Source: the human T2T-CHM13v2.0 reference genome, Homo sapiens
Strand: one strand, 5' to 3'
Assembly: GCF_009914755.1 (NCBI RefSeq)
Contig: NC_060927.1
Length of the DNA stretch: 64,000 bases
In this document: positions 14,851 through 28,789 of the stretch, piece after piece
Position numbering within the stretch: the stretch's first letter is position 1
How the letters are laid out: each line of letters starts with the position of its first letter
Program-made: the position numbers and the translations under genes
The notes under the pieces: generated by a model
What the model was told of the DNA's origin: nothing
Seen by the model: only the letters and a program-made list of their open reading frames with translations
The model's database searches: none

Positions 14851-15394
14851 CTTTTCAACTTTTAGGTTACTCCTTGGAAAATTGTGCCAAAGTGAGTAGA
14901 AAAGGGAAAGGGCCAAGAGCATAGTGATTTAATTAGATCCACAGGACATTGCCTTCGCATGGGTAGATGGAGCCCCCAGCCCTTTGGATTTCAGCACATT
15001 GATATGTGGTAACTTAATATGCAAATGATAGGCCTCAGAGGGCACCCAGTCTCCACATGTGCCAATTAATCAAAGGAAACAGTATCATCCTCTAATTCCA
15101 CTAATTAGGGGATCATCCATAAGCTACTATGTTCTGAGCTACTGAGGTTTAATAAATTTGCAATAAATTATGAGTAATACATTAGCCAGGGACCAACTTA
15201 CTACTGAGCGATAGGATGAGAGAAGGGTTCAGGTTATTTATATATTTAAATGGTTTTTTTTCCTCAATTTTCTTCTTCTGATTTTCTGTCCTAAAAGTTT
15301 CTGAACAACTTGATTGTGTGGGACCACAGGATCTCCATGTTTCGTTGTAACAAGGGGTCCAGAAATCATATATAAGTACAACTACTAAATAATG

Positions 15395-15690
15395 TGATTA
15401 GAATTTTAACACATGTACCATAATTAATCCAAATGATTGGTTGCTTCAAAACTGCCATTGTGTAAATTTGTACACTTGTTCTAATGCTACTACTATGACC
15501 CCAAATTAGGGAATCCTTTGAGAATTGCCTTCACATGCTTATTTATTCTTTTGAATCTTCTCAGAGGTGACAAATTGTTCTCTGAGAGTATATTTGAATT
15601 TGGAGGCAGTTAAAAGAAGTTTGAAAGTATTGTACTCTGGTTATTAAGGGAGGTAATCAAGCAGGATAATCCTGTTTGTGGTCAGTTGAA
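15395..15690. mobile_element. MARNA-like ancient mariner DNA transposon remnant
   Basis: gagaattgccttca...attcttttgaatcttctcagaggtgacaaat...gaggtaatcaagcaggataatcctgtttgtggtca matches my recall of MARNA, reading antisense to the transposase C-terminus. Confidence 0.65.
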
Positions 15691-15919
15691 GAACCCATCC
15701 CATTACCCATGTGCTTGAATGAGGGGATAGATCATGCTAAGACAAAACTCTGACCATTAGATGTGACTCCAGTATGTGATTGAATTTGGCTGAGGGAATG
15801 GCGGGTATGACTACTTGAAATCGGTGTAAGAGGGTTTTAACTTCACTTAGAATACAGACATAAGAGGTAGAAGCTTTAGTTCTTGCCGTCTCTATACCCA
15901 GAATGATTTTTCCAATTAA

Positions 15920-16258
<339 letters not shown>

Positions 16259-16619
16259 TAAATGCCATCTCAATTACTAGAGTTTTCCTGATAGTGTTCA
16301 ATTGACAGTTTTTGCCCTGTTCTTAATAGCTTTTATTGTATCCTGTTTGTACTCTTATGGCACTTATTTTTGGTGTTTTATTTTATTTGGTTTTAAATAG
16401 TTATCATCACCTTTTATAGGTGGTAAACTATTTAGGAGTAGGATATGTGTCTTACTCATGTTTGAATCTCACATATCAACTAGAGTAAGCTTTGGGCATG
16501 ATGATTAATCAATTAATATTAGTTGAGAAAATGAGTTATGGTACAGTGCAGCTGTCACTATATAAATGCAGCAATAGTCATATATACAGAAGTACATCCA
16601 TGTAGGTACCTAATTTACT

Positions 16620-19207
16620 TACATGAAAATTACTCTCAATGGTGAAGTGTTAGTAAGCATTTCTTTTAAAATTAGAATGGTTCAAGAATGCCCTCTATCA
16701 CTACTTCTATTCAGCATTTGGCTGGTGTTTCCAACCAGTAGTATAGGACAAGAAGAAAAAGAAGTACAAAAACTAGCAGGAAAGAAACAAAACATTCATT
16801 ATGCGCAGATGATAAAATTGTCTATATAAAAACACAAAAAATTCCATACATTTTTGGGATTTAGACAGTTTAGAAAATTGGGTGAATACAGAATGAAGAA
16901 ACAAAAATCAAACGCATTTCTAGATAGCAGCAAAAACTTAGCTTGAATGGGGATATTTCTAAAAAGGTAACATTAACAATAGTAACAATATTATACCAAA
17001 TGTAGAGATAAATCTAAAAAACTATATGCTGAATCTTTAGGCATAAAATCACAAAACATTATTGAAAGCCATTAAAGAAGACCTCCACAAATGAAAATTG
17101 TACCATATTCATGAGTAAGAATACCTAATATTATTAAGATATCAGTTATTCTCAAATTGACCAACAGATTTAATGTGTGACCTTTTAAATTACTGTTGAA
17201 CTTGAAAAAGTGATTCTAAAATTTATGTGCATGAACAAAGAGCATACAGTAACTAAGAAATACCTGATGGCAAAAAATACGATATGAGAGAGGGTCCTGA
17301 TTTATTAAATAGCATACCTACTTATAAATATTAGGCAAGTATATATTTGATATATACAAAGAAAGTATAAATAGACATAGAAATAGATTACTACTTCCCA
17401 GAAACAGATATCTACAAAGAAAGGAAATATGAATATTACAGAGTTGGCATTTCAGATAAGTGGTAAACATTTAAACTATAACAATTGTGCTGAGACTATT
17501 AGTTTTTAATTTTCCAGGGGAAACAAATGAAATTGTAATCTTACTCAAAATGTACAGAAAATATCAATTCTAACTCATTGAAATGCAAAAAAAAATCAAA
17601 ACTTTTAGAAGAAATCATAGGAATATCTTATAACCATGGGGTGAAGAAGGATTTCTCAAATAAGATACAAAAAGTTTAAGTCATAATAGAACAGATTAAT
17701 AAATTCAAGTAAATTAAGCAAAATATCTCTTTTCATCAAACAGTAATTGAAAAAATAAAAAGCTATGATACCAACTAGAAGATTTTTGTATTTTAGGTTT
17801 TTTTTTTTTTTGCAGTTTATATAACTGGTAAAGGGTTATTTTCTATATGAATACAAAACTCTTAAAGTCCAAAAAAGAAAGACAAACAACACAAAAATGA
17901 AAAATATAAACAGGTAGCTTATTTAAAAATTAAAATAATAATTATGAAAAGATGAAACTTTATTATTAATCAAAGGCATACAAGTTTTTAAGATGGCATA
18001 ATATTTTATAAATAGCATTTTGACAAACCTTTAAAAGGCTGATAGTTTTGAGTGTGGAAAGTATGTAGAGAAATACAAATTATCTTTAGTTGTATGTATG
18101 TATAAATTAATATAAATTAGTAGAACCACTGTGGCAGAAGCTGCTAGTTATCTGCTAATATTGGTCTTTCTCTTCTTTCTCAGTAATAAGATTTCTCTAT
18201 TGTTAGCTGGCTCCATGGCAAACTGGCAGAAAACTACATTTCCCAGTTTGCCATGTGGGGCAAATGTAACCATATGGCCATGTAAATTCTGACCAATAGG
18301 ATGAAAATAAAAGTGTTCTGTACATCTTTAAGGAAGGGACTATGCACCTATTGGGTCTTTCTCCTGTTGCCAGCCAAAATGTGGATACACTGGCTGGAGT
18401 TCCAGAAACCATTTTCGATCTTGACAGATAAATTTGGGAATGAAAATTGTTCATACAAGTTAACCTATACAGTACATGAAGCCTTGATCTCGACACTGTG
18501 GAGTGCCTTACCATCTCTGGAATAACCACCTCCAGGCTTCTTGAACCTGAGATAGAAATGTATGACTATTTTATTTAAACTCCTGTGATTCTGAAATTTT
18601 TATTAGCCACAGCAGCCTAAACAAATCTTAACCAATATAACCTCATTAGAAAAAGATTTGACCTTCCATAAAGTTAAAAGTGTGCAAATTCTGTAGTCCC
18701 ACAGTTTTCTGCCTTAAGTATATGCCTTGAAGAACTTTATCCTTACATGCATCAGGAAACAAAAAAAATGTTCATAACACCATGGTTCTAAGACCAAATA
18801 TTGGAATAACCAAATCCATGGATGGAAGAATAGTTAATTTCATTATGTTTTTATCCAATGAACTACTAATATGGAGCTAGGAATAAACTCAACCTCTGAA
18901 GAAACCATAAGCATAATATGATCCATAAGCATAATGTTGAATAAAAATACAACAACAAGAAAATTTAAACAATTTATTATTTGGAGGATACATACATATA
19001 GGCAATTTATAAGTAAAAGCAATGCAATAATAAGCCTAAATTTCAGGATAGTGATTAATAAAATAGAACCTTATCAATATCTTTGAAATTCTGTTTATGC
19101 CCCTCCCTGGTGGCATCCTGAAGGAAGGGGAAGGGGATGAAACCAGGGAAGGGCATAACCAGAACTTTAAAGATATAGGTAAGGTTCTATTTTTCTTAAT
19201 CTAGGTG
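16620..19207 (+). mobile_element. Ancient L1M (L1ME/L1MC-type) ORF2 to 3'UTR remnant, interrupted by an MLT1 LTR
   Basis: ORF 16623-16829 resembles L1 RT (LNGE..F..R..QECPLS.LLF). A-rich decayed ORF2 follows, then a 3'UTR-like tail (gtaaggttctatttttcttaatctaggtg). Confidence 0.8.
18130..18639 (+). mobile_element. Old MaLR LTR (MLT1H/I/J-like)
   Basis: tgtggcagaagctgctag...actacatttcccag...ggccatgtaaattctgaccaatagg...ttaaccaatata. Probable 5-bp TSD accac/acctc. Confidence 0.75.
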
Positions 19208-19753
19208 CTCCTCATTACTTATGCAAATTTCTGCAGCCAGCTTGAATTTCTCGTCAGAAAATGGGTTTTTCTTTTCTATCGCATTGTCAGGCTGCAAATT
19301 TTCCAAACTTTCATGGTCTGTTTCCCTTTTAAAACCAAGTGCCTTTAACAGCACCCAAGTCACCTCTTGAATGCTTTGCTGCTTAGAAATTTCTTCCACT
19401 AGCTACCTTAAATCATCTTTCTCAAGTTCAAAGTTCCACAAATCTCTAGGGCAGGGGCTAAATGCTGCCAATTTCTTTGCTAAAACATAACAAGAGTCAC
19501 CATTGCACCAGTTCCCAAGAAGTTCCTTATCTCCATTTGAGACCACCTCAGGCTGGATTTCATTGTCCATATTATTATCAACATTTTGGTCAAAGCCATT
19601 TGACAAGTCTCTAGAGAGTTCCAAACTTCCCTACATTTTCCTTTCTTTTTCTGAGCCCTCCAAACTGTTCCAACCTCTGCCTGTTACCCAGTTCCAAAGT
19701 CGCTTCCACATTTCCATTTATCTTTTCAGCAGCACCCCACTCCTGGTATTTAC
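19207..19753 (-). mobile_element. THE1 internal sequence (5' part, truncated)
   Basis: Minus-strand ORF remnants MEEISKQQSIQEVTWVLLKA and DQNVDNNMDNEIQPEVVSNGDKELLGNW are typical of the MaLR internal ORF. Directly abuts the LTR. Confidence 0.9.
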
Positions 19754-20119
19754 TGTATTAGTCCATTTTCATACTGCTGATAAAGACATGCTTGAGACTG
19801 GGAAATTTACAAAAGAAAGAGGTTTAATGGATTTATATTTTGACGTGGCTGGGGAGGCCTCACAATCATGGTGGAAGGCAAGGAGGAGCAAGTCACATTT
19901 TATGTGGATGGCAGCAGGCAAAGAGAGAGCCTGTGTAGGGAAACTCCCATTTTTAAAACCATTAGATCTCATGAGACTCACTCACTATCACGAGAACAGC
20001 ATGGGAAAGGCCTACCCCCATCATTCAACCATCTCCCACTGGATTCCTCCCACAACATGTGGGAATTATGGGAGCTACAAGATGAGATTTGGGTGGAGAC
20101 ACAGAGCCAAACCACATCA
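19754..20119 (-). mobile_element. THE1B-type MaLR LTR (5' LTR of a truncated provirus)
   Basis: tgtattagtccattttc...ctgctgataaagacat...gagatttgggtggagacacagagccaaaccacatca. Confidence 0.92.
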
Positions 20120-21461
20120 CCTCCCTTTTTCCCAAGCAGAGGAGTCCCTCCCTGTGACCACCACCATCCTAGGCCCACAGTGAGTACTGCCTGGCTACCA
20201 TTGATGTTCACTCAAGGCCCATGGGCTCTTCAGTCAACTTGTGGTGAATGCTGCCAGGCCTGAGACTCTCCCTTCAGGGAATCTGGCCCCCTTCCAGCCC
20301 AAAGCAGGTCCAGAAATACCATCCAAGAGCCATGTCCTGGAATAAGGAACCCCAAGAGCCTGCTTGGTGCTCTACTGCACTGTGGCCTAGCTGGTGTCTA
20401 AGCTGCAAGACAAAGTCCCTCTTCCTTCTCCTTTTCTCAAGCAGAAGGATTCCCTCCCTATAGCCACCACAGCTGGGAATGTGGCTGAGTTACACCTGAA
20501 GTGAGCTCGCCTGTGAGTCACAACCAAGGTCCACGGCAATTACTATCTGGGTATTGCTGCTGATTATTGAGGGTCCAAGTGCTCTTTAGTCAGAAAGTGA
20601 TAAATCCTGCTAGGACTGGGTCCTTTCCTTCAAAGCAGCAGGTTCTCTTCTGGCTCAGGGTGTGTCTAGACATGTCATCCAGAAGGTAGGACCTGGAATG
20701 GGGACCTCGGAACTCTACCTGATATTCTATCCTACTGTGATTGAGCTGATACCCAAGTTGCAAGACAAAGTTCTCTTTACTCTTCCCTCTTCTCTCCTCA
20801 ACAGAGGGAAGGAGTCTCTCCCAGAGCTGTGAGCTGCACTGCCTGGGGTTTGGGGAGGGATGGTGCAAGAACTCCTTTGGCCACCCCAGCTGATGTTTCA
20901 CTAGGTCTCTTGTCTTCCAAGTTCAGTGGGTCTGAGCTTAGCACAGCACCAGGACTTGCCAGGGAATTGCAGTCCTTGTGGCCTAGACTGCCTTTCCAGT
21001 TTATTTAGGACCTCAGAGTGCCTTGGTCTGCAATGGCAAGGCTTGTTGGAACTCAGGTTCTGACCACTGGGATGGGCAATTCCCCTCTGGCTAGGACTGA
21101 CCTAAATGCTCCCTCCAGCAGCACTGGCTGGGGTCTACCCAGTCTTGCTTTCTGCAGTGAAAAGCAGCACTGAGTTCCAATGCAAAGACCTACAATCACT
21201 GAGCTCACCTTCCCCTAAGCACACAGATTCTCTGACCCACACAACCACTGTCAGGGGTTGTGTCGCAAGTCAAGAATGCCTTTCCTACCCGCTTCAGTGC
21301 CTCTTTCAGTGATATGAGGATAAAACCAGGTACTGTGATTGCTCATCTGATTGTTGGTTCTTATAAAGGTGCTTTCATGTGTGGATAGTTGTTAAATATG
21401 ACATTTCTGCGGAGAGGACGATTGGTGAAGGCTTCTGTTTGGCCATTTTTCACCACTTCCC
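20120..21461 (-). mobile_element. LINE-1 5' end/5'UTR (L1M1/L1MA-era type) with internal tandem units
   Basis: GC-richer segment with repeated units (gcaagacaaagt at ~20405 and ~20760). The minus strand starts ggaagtggtgaaaaatggccaaacagaagccttcaccaatcgtcc, an L1-like 5' terminus. Confidence 0.78.
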
Positions 21462-21824
21462 CTCACATGTATGTTTAAGTATTCTTTTGAATGTACGAAT
21501 AATTTTACAATAATAGTTGGAAAAAGAGTAGGCAGGGCAGAGTAGCATTTAGAGTTTGGTATGTGTGTGTGAAGTGAATCTGTCTCTAGGAACATGAAGA
21601 GATTTAAGCCTGATCATAACCTTCATATTGAAGTACAATTGATACAGCAGAGCACTTCTTCCTCTGCTTTTAAATACATGATGTTTGTCACAGACTTGCA
21701 ATCCAAATGGATGAAGGTGACCCACCCTTCTGGCGAAAAAATTCTTTGAAAGCTCATGTCTATAATCACCACAATTACAGCTGCTTCCACCACTGCTACT
21801 ACCTTCACCACCATCTTGGTATCA

Positions 21825-22068
21825 TTCGTTTGTTTTAAATGCTCTCATGTTTCTGACATTTTACTCAGTGTTTTATTAATATTATTATCTTTATTAATCC
21901 TCAACAACTAGTGAGCTAGATATTATTAATCATAAGATCTTCTGGGGTAAGGCTCAGCAAAGTGAAAGAACTAGGCTTATCACTGCTAGTAAATGGCAGT
22001 TCTTGGGTTCAAATGCACACCAGTTGGGGTCCAAAATGTTACTTTTTAACGTCACATCATACTGCCTA
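21825..22068 (-). mobile_element. MIR
   Basis: ttaatcctcaacaactagtgag...aggctcagcaaagtgaaagaac...ctagtaaatggcag...gggttcaaat. Confidence 0.72.
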
Positions 22069-24527
22069 ATTTCAAATGCATATATTATACTGTCACCCCT
22101 TCAGTGACAATAATGTGTACCATGAATTCTCCAAAGTAATATTCATAAGGATGTTTTAAAGGAGTAGCAGCAAAAGAACAGACTGAATATATAACTGATT
22201 AATGACAATACTTCTGAGAGGTTGGAAGATGAGACATAGAGAAAAGATGCAGAACATTCTGAAAAATTGAGGGCGAAAGGACAGAAACAGAGTAAGACAA
22301 ATTAAAACCAGGGAAATAGGCAGGAAGGGGAGAAAAAGAATCGGGAGAATGAACAGAAAATAATAAGACCATCCTAAAGAATTTATTTTTTCTTTTCCCC
22401 AGAAGCCTCTTTCCTCACCTTGGAATAGGTGTTTCATCTTTTGAAATGAGTTGGATAAATAAGAAGAAAAGGTTGAAAAGTAATTTCAAGTCCACAGAGC
22501 GAACCCTAGGATAGATTGCTTTTCCCTTGCAAGCCTTTCATCCAGAAAACTTTAAGGTCTTATGGTTTTGGCAATAATTATAACAGTAATCATAATACTG
22601 CCTAGCTGGTGTTTTCCCCTTGGCAGTATGTCTGTACCAATCAGTTTGGCAGGATAATATCTTCAAGTTCACACACTAATTTGCATGAATCTGTTTGTTA
22701 GTCTACAAAAGTGAGGGCTCTTTCATGCCCTTGGACCTTAGTGTACTTGGGGCTGTCTATCTTGGACATTTGTGCTAATGAGGTACTTTTAGGTCAGAAC
22801 GAAGAAGTTCTTGCTTAGACTTATTATGTACATTTGAATATTTTAGCTATGCATTTGAATGTATATATCACAGATATATGTACAAATATCTGTGGGGTGT
22901 GAAAATTCAGATTGTTAGGGTGGAAATGTGACACTTCGTACTTGCAAAAAATCTTTAAAAATAGGATATTTACCTACTTATTAAAACAGTAATTTTGGTA
23001 ATGCTGGTTAGCAGGTGGAGCGCACGAGAGAACTTTTCTTCCACTGAATTCTGTGACATATATGTTGTCATGAGACCTATTATTGATATGTGTTAGGGGT
23101 TTTTTATAGTAATCACTGGACATTACAATTCATTTAACCCTCTTAATGACTTGTTATGGGAGCTGAGGATGGGAGAGAGGAAGGTGACAGACAGAGTAAT
23201 GGGAACAATTCATTCAGCTTCTCCAAGGCATGCCAGGGCGAGAAAGTTCAAGTGCTGATTCAGATTATTCAGAGGTATAAGGATTAATCCTAGCATGGAT
23301 AGGCAGCGCATATAGGGCTGGAGGAGAAGCTATGGAACTGTGATCCTGGAGTGATGAAAGGGCTATAAAACAGGTTTCTTACACTTCCTTTTGAAAGTTC
23401 AAAAATTGTGCCTGTACAATTAATGAGGAATACAATATGACTAGATATGCCTGTACATGTTGTTGTTTGTTCCATTAAAAGTTTCATAATAAAACAGAGA
23501 TCCAAAACAAGATTATGTATTTATGACTATACTGGCAAGTAAAACTTTTGTTAGAACTTCATGATAAAGCTTTTAAAAGGGCTTTATCTTATCTTTAAAA
23601 GCCCACAAGGAAAATACTTTTTCTTTTGCTTCACAATACTGAAGGACTCTTGATTTTATATAAAAAGAGTCCTCTTATTTCTAGTGCACTGACTGACCTA
23701 ATATTATGAAGCTTTGAAATCATTCTTGGCTTGAAACCTAATTATTATTTCATTGCTGCTGAACATTAGTAACATGCCAGATATTATTGTGTTAACTCTT
23801 CCTAAAAGTTAGTAAAAATCATAAAGACTCCTCTATCATTTGGTGACTCCATACTTAAATAACTTAGCCATTAACTATTGATAAGGTGATTATCACCATG
23901 GAAATTTCCTTTTCCTACTGTATACAACATTAATTGATTATACCTATTAGATGGTAAGCTGCTTAAGGGAATGTTTCACATCAGTAGAGGCTCAATAAAT
24001 GAAGCTTATTCAATGAAGGAATGAACAAATCAATTAATTTTATAGGCTTAGCAGAAATATAGCTTCTGATAAAGTAGATTCCATTCTTATATTATTTTCT
24101 TTTATTGCATTCAATTATCACTTGAGAAGGCACATTTTCCACATTTTTTGGCTACTAATCCTATAAATCCTATACATCTATTAAATAAAGATGTAGAAAA
24201 TAATTTTCAAGAATATACATTTCATTAGGTTTAGCACACTAATAGAAAAGCTCTAATGGAAGAAAATCTATAAATTCTGGCTATAATTATAGACATCTCC
24301 TTCCATGAACAAACTCTAAACTCCTTATTCTATGAACAAGCTTGAGTTCATAAAGAAGAGTCAGAGAATTACTAAAAACAATATTGATAGCATGCTGCAT
24401 TTCCAAAGAAATGGTAGCATAAAAGGAAAGCCAAAATTTATAGCAACTAAATCATATGAAAAGGAACTGCAAAAGTAAATTATCTGCTTCTAAAAAGAGA
24501 GCATAGAAATAAGTTAGAAAGACCAAA

Positions 24528-24604
24528 TTAATAGAACTGTACACTAAAAAGCATGGATTTTACCATATGTAAGTTATGTCAATAAACTACGACTAAGAAA
24601 AAAG
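24528..24604 (+). mobile_element. Old L1 3' terminal fragment
   Basis: agaactgtacactaaaaagcatggattttaccatatgtaagttatgtcaataaa followed by an A-rich tail. Confidence 0.6.
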
Positions 24605-25109
24605 ACATTTTTATTAGTGTCTAATGTCATTATTAAAATTTTTGTATTTTAATACGTTTAAAATATTTAAAATTTTTAATATATTTAAAATATTCCCCAC
24701 AAAGTATTTCCATTTTGTCAGGGGAATAAACTCTCCTTTATTTGAATTCAAATAAAATTCAAATTACTGAAGCCCTGTTACTATGGCTTCAGAAAAGCCA
24801 AGAAACTCATTGTTCTTCATTAAGGGGTAAAGATAAAATTAAAAATATTTGAATTAAGGTTAAGAACACTGACTTTGAGATTAGATTACTGTGGAAAGCT
24901 ACAAGTTATGATACTGTTGGCTGAATAAACAAACCCATGTAAACAGTAGCTTATTCATTGTTAAAATATAGAAAATAATAGATATGTGATGCAGTTATTG
25001 TGAGGATTTAGCATGACAATGCATGTAACACATTTAATGTATTAGCCCATTATATATTATTTTTATATATTATATATTATGTATTATTTTGAATTATATA
25101 TTATTAATA

Positions 25110-25493
25110 TTTTCTGCTGGGACAATCAAAAAAGGCTTCACAAAGAAGAGTGAGAAGAAAGGACATTACTGGCAAAAACAGTGGAATGAATGAAGAGATT
25201 GAGGCAGACAAGAGAAGGACATGTTGTAGTTTAAATGCGGTATTGGATCTTTGAAAGGGAGAAATGGGAGATAGATCTAGAAATATGGGACATCACCAGA
25301 TGGTGATGGTGTTAAATGTTATTTTAAGGAGTTTGGATCTTAGTCAATGGGTAATAAAAAGCGATTAAACATTTTGGGGTAGGAGAATTACATGATTTAA
25401 ATTGTACTTTAGAAAGATTAATTTGGCAGCAGTCTATAAAGACAAATTAGAGATGAGAATGGTTAGATGTGAGAAGTCCATCTAGAAGAATAA
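25110..25493 (-). mobile_element. L2 fragment (host of the Tigger4/Alu/LTR cluster; resumes ~26143-26260)
   Basis: aaggagtttggatcttag...gagaattacatgatttaaattgtactttagaaagattaatttggcagcagt. Confidence 0.7.
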
Positions 25494-25495
25494 TG

Positions 25496-26140
<645 letters not shown>

Positions 26141-26275
26141 TACCACTTGTAAAATAACAATGAGGTCTTGAATAAAAATGATGGTAGTTGTGAAAAATAT
26201 AACGCTGAAGGTATGGATCTGGAATATGTTTTGTGGGTAAAATTGATAAGATTTGGCCTTAGAAATGGAGGGTAG

Positions 26276-26578
26276 TGTAATCCCAGCACTTTGGAAGGCT
26301 GAGGCTGGCAGATTACTTAAGGTCAAGAGCTCCAGACCAGCCTGGCCAACAAGGTGAAACCCCCCTCTACTAAAAATACAAAAATTAGCCAGGCATGATG
26401 GCAGGCTCCTGTAATCCCAGCTACTCAGGAGATTGAGGCAGAAGAATTGCTTGAACCCGGGAAGAGGGAGTTGCAGTGAGCTGAGACCGCACCACTGCAC
26501 TCCAGCCTAGGCGACAGAGCTACACTTCATCTCAAAAATAATAATAATGATAAAATAAAAAGAAAAAAGAAATAAAAA
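26276..26578 (+). mobile_element. 5'-truncated AluS
   Basis: Begins at tgtaatcccagcactttgg and has an A-rich tail. Imperfect TSD agaaatggagggtagtg (26261-26277) / agaaatggatgatagtg (26579-26595). Confidence 0.92.
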
Positions 26579-26593
26579 AGAAATGGATGATAG

Positions 26594-27176
26594 TGACAAC
26601 TAAAATGAGTGACTGAGGCAGATGTCCCAATCAATCGAGCTGTATTGAGCCAGCTTGAGGGTGCACCCAGAAAAAATGGTGGATCACAGACATATCTGTG
26701 ACTATTTTTTCCAAATAGGTTCTCAGGAGGTTTAGTATCTACACATTTTCCTTAAAAGTAAGGGCAACAATGAGACAATGATTACATATTTGTGAGGTTT
26801 TAGTTAGTGCCCAAATTTTCATTTCACATAGAGTAAGGTGAATCTTTGAAGACAAGGGGAATAGAGGAAGCAGATGTCTCAGGAAGGGGTGAAAAAATGA
26901 CTAATCTCATCTTGTCTTTGTTTTGTACTGGGAAGATAAGCTAGTAATAGATATTAACAGTGTGGAGTTTTTTGAAAGGGCTGGATTCTGTTTAGCCCTT
27001 AAGATAAAAAGTCTAATGGTGGTTAAGGAGGGAGGTGGTTATAATGAGGTGTGTCGAACCTCTCATCCTGACATGGCTGGGAACTCAGCTTCCAAGGTTT
27101 CTCTGGGGTCCCCTTGGCCAAGAGGGGATCTGTTCAGTCAGTTGAGGGCTTAGGATTCTTTTTTTATTTCTCAACA
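26594..27176 (-). mobile_element. ERV1 (MER4-group, MER66-like) solo LTR
   Basis: TG...CA termini. ggtttctctggggtccccttggccaagaggggatctgttcagtcagttgagggcttaggatt is characteristic of MER4-group LTRs read in reverse. Confidence 0.75.
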
Positions 27177-27327
27177 GTAAGGGGCAAGAGAAGAACAAAT
27201 CAAAGCTATGTTGGAGGTTTACAATGTGGACATCTTGGAGTGTTCCTGAGCCAATAATGAGATTGTCCTGGAAGATTATGGATCCTATTTAGAATACTTT
27301 GTGTGTGAGATGCAAACATGAGAGACT

Positions 27328-27490
27328 GGCTGAGCACAGTGACTCACTCCTGTAATCCCAGAAGTTTAGAAGCCTGAGGCAGATGGATGGCTTGAACCCA
27401 GGATTTTGAGACAAGCCTGGGCAACACAGTGAGACCCCATCTCATAAAAAAAATAGAATTAAAAGAACCTGACAAACAAACAAAAAAACA
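27328..27490 (+). mobile_element. Free left Alu monomer (FLAM)
   Basis: Single arm plus A-rich tail. 13-bp TSD aaacatgagagac at 27314-27326 and 27491-27503. Confidence 0.88.
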
Positions 27491-27799
27491 AAACATGAGA
27501 GACATCCAAGTTGATTTTATGGCACTTAGCCTGTAAATACAGGTCTCGAACTAATGAAAGAGGTTGGGGTAAAGTTTTAGCATTTTCCCAATTTATGCAG
27601 ATGATTGAAGCAGGGACAGAGCTTTGGGGTGTTCTTGCAGTTAGAAGACAACAAGAAAAAGCAAAGGAGACAGACAGTAAGTTGTTTTCTGAGAAATCAG
27701 TTTCAATATCTGTAAGGGCAGGCAGCTGGTTATTCAAGAAAGCGAGAGGGGAGATTATAGTTTGGGGATGGTGAATGGAGATGACTCATTCAAAAACAA

Positions 27800-28445
27800 A
27801 CACTTCACTCTCCTGACTCCTGTACTTCTGTGCTCTCCAAGTTATCCTACTTTTCTGACCACAGAGATTTCTAAACCGCCAAAGCATTGACTGTTTTTTT
27901 CCCTGTATCTTACATTACTGACCTCTTGAAAATCTCTAACCAATAATCTTCTGTGTAAATAAGACACATATCTATGTTTCTAGTCCCTATCTCTTTCCTG
28001 AGATCCATCCTATCATTTCTAACCATCCACACAGCCATTTTTACATCCGTATACCTGACATTCAAACTCAAAATGTCCCAACTGCCCCCTCTTTCCAAAG
28101 CAACATCTCTCTTGGTTTTACCATTCTCCCAGTCACTACAGGTTGAAACCTTACAGGGAACTTTACTTTTCTCAGCTCTTTCATGGTAATCATTAATAAG
28201 TTCTTCAGCTTCTTTCACCATGCTTAATACCCTTCTCCATTTTCTTTGACACCACTCCAGGAGGCAATTGAAATCTTCTCCAAACTGCATTCCTGTTTCT
28301 TCCCATTTTAATCTGTTCTATTTGTGGCTGCATGATTAGTCTCCTTAAAGAGAATTTGGATCATGTCAAAAATTTTCAGTGGAGTATCACTGTCTACTTA
28401 ACTAAGTGCAAACTTATACTTTCACTAAATATTCTCCATAAAATA
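27800..28445 (+). mobile_element. L2 fragment
   Basis: cattcaaactcaaaatgtcccaactg...ccattctcccagtcact...ggatcatgtc. Confidence 0.7.
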
Positions 28446-28789
28446 TTTCCATTTTTTCCAGAAAATAAACAATCCTTTGAATTCAAAATAATTAAATTCA
28501 CAACGAGAAGATTAGGGGAGATGGAAAGGAGTGGAGAGAAAAAACCGACTTAGCAACTGCAAAAATAAATCGCTAATATTTTTGGAGACATAATATATAC
28601 ATGACAATAAACTCAATCTGAATCAAAAGAGGCTGAGCATAAACAACAAACAAGAGAGGTCATCATCACTGTGAAGGGACTTCTATTTGTTTGAAGAAAA
28701 AGATTTCAGAAGCAATTTTAAAAAGATGATCTCCAGGAGACAAATAGTACAGTATTATTTTATTCCATTTGGTCAGGATTCATAGTGAG

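Noticed and set aside
19503-20183. Longest ORF in the track (226 aa)
   Set aside because: It is antisense read-through of THE1-int, the THE1B LTR and the L1 junction, with a non-ATG start and no sign of a real gene.
20120-21461. GC-richer block as a host-gene promoter or CpG island
   Set aside because: It is CpG-depleted and explained by an L1 5' end.
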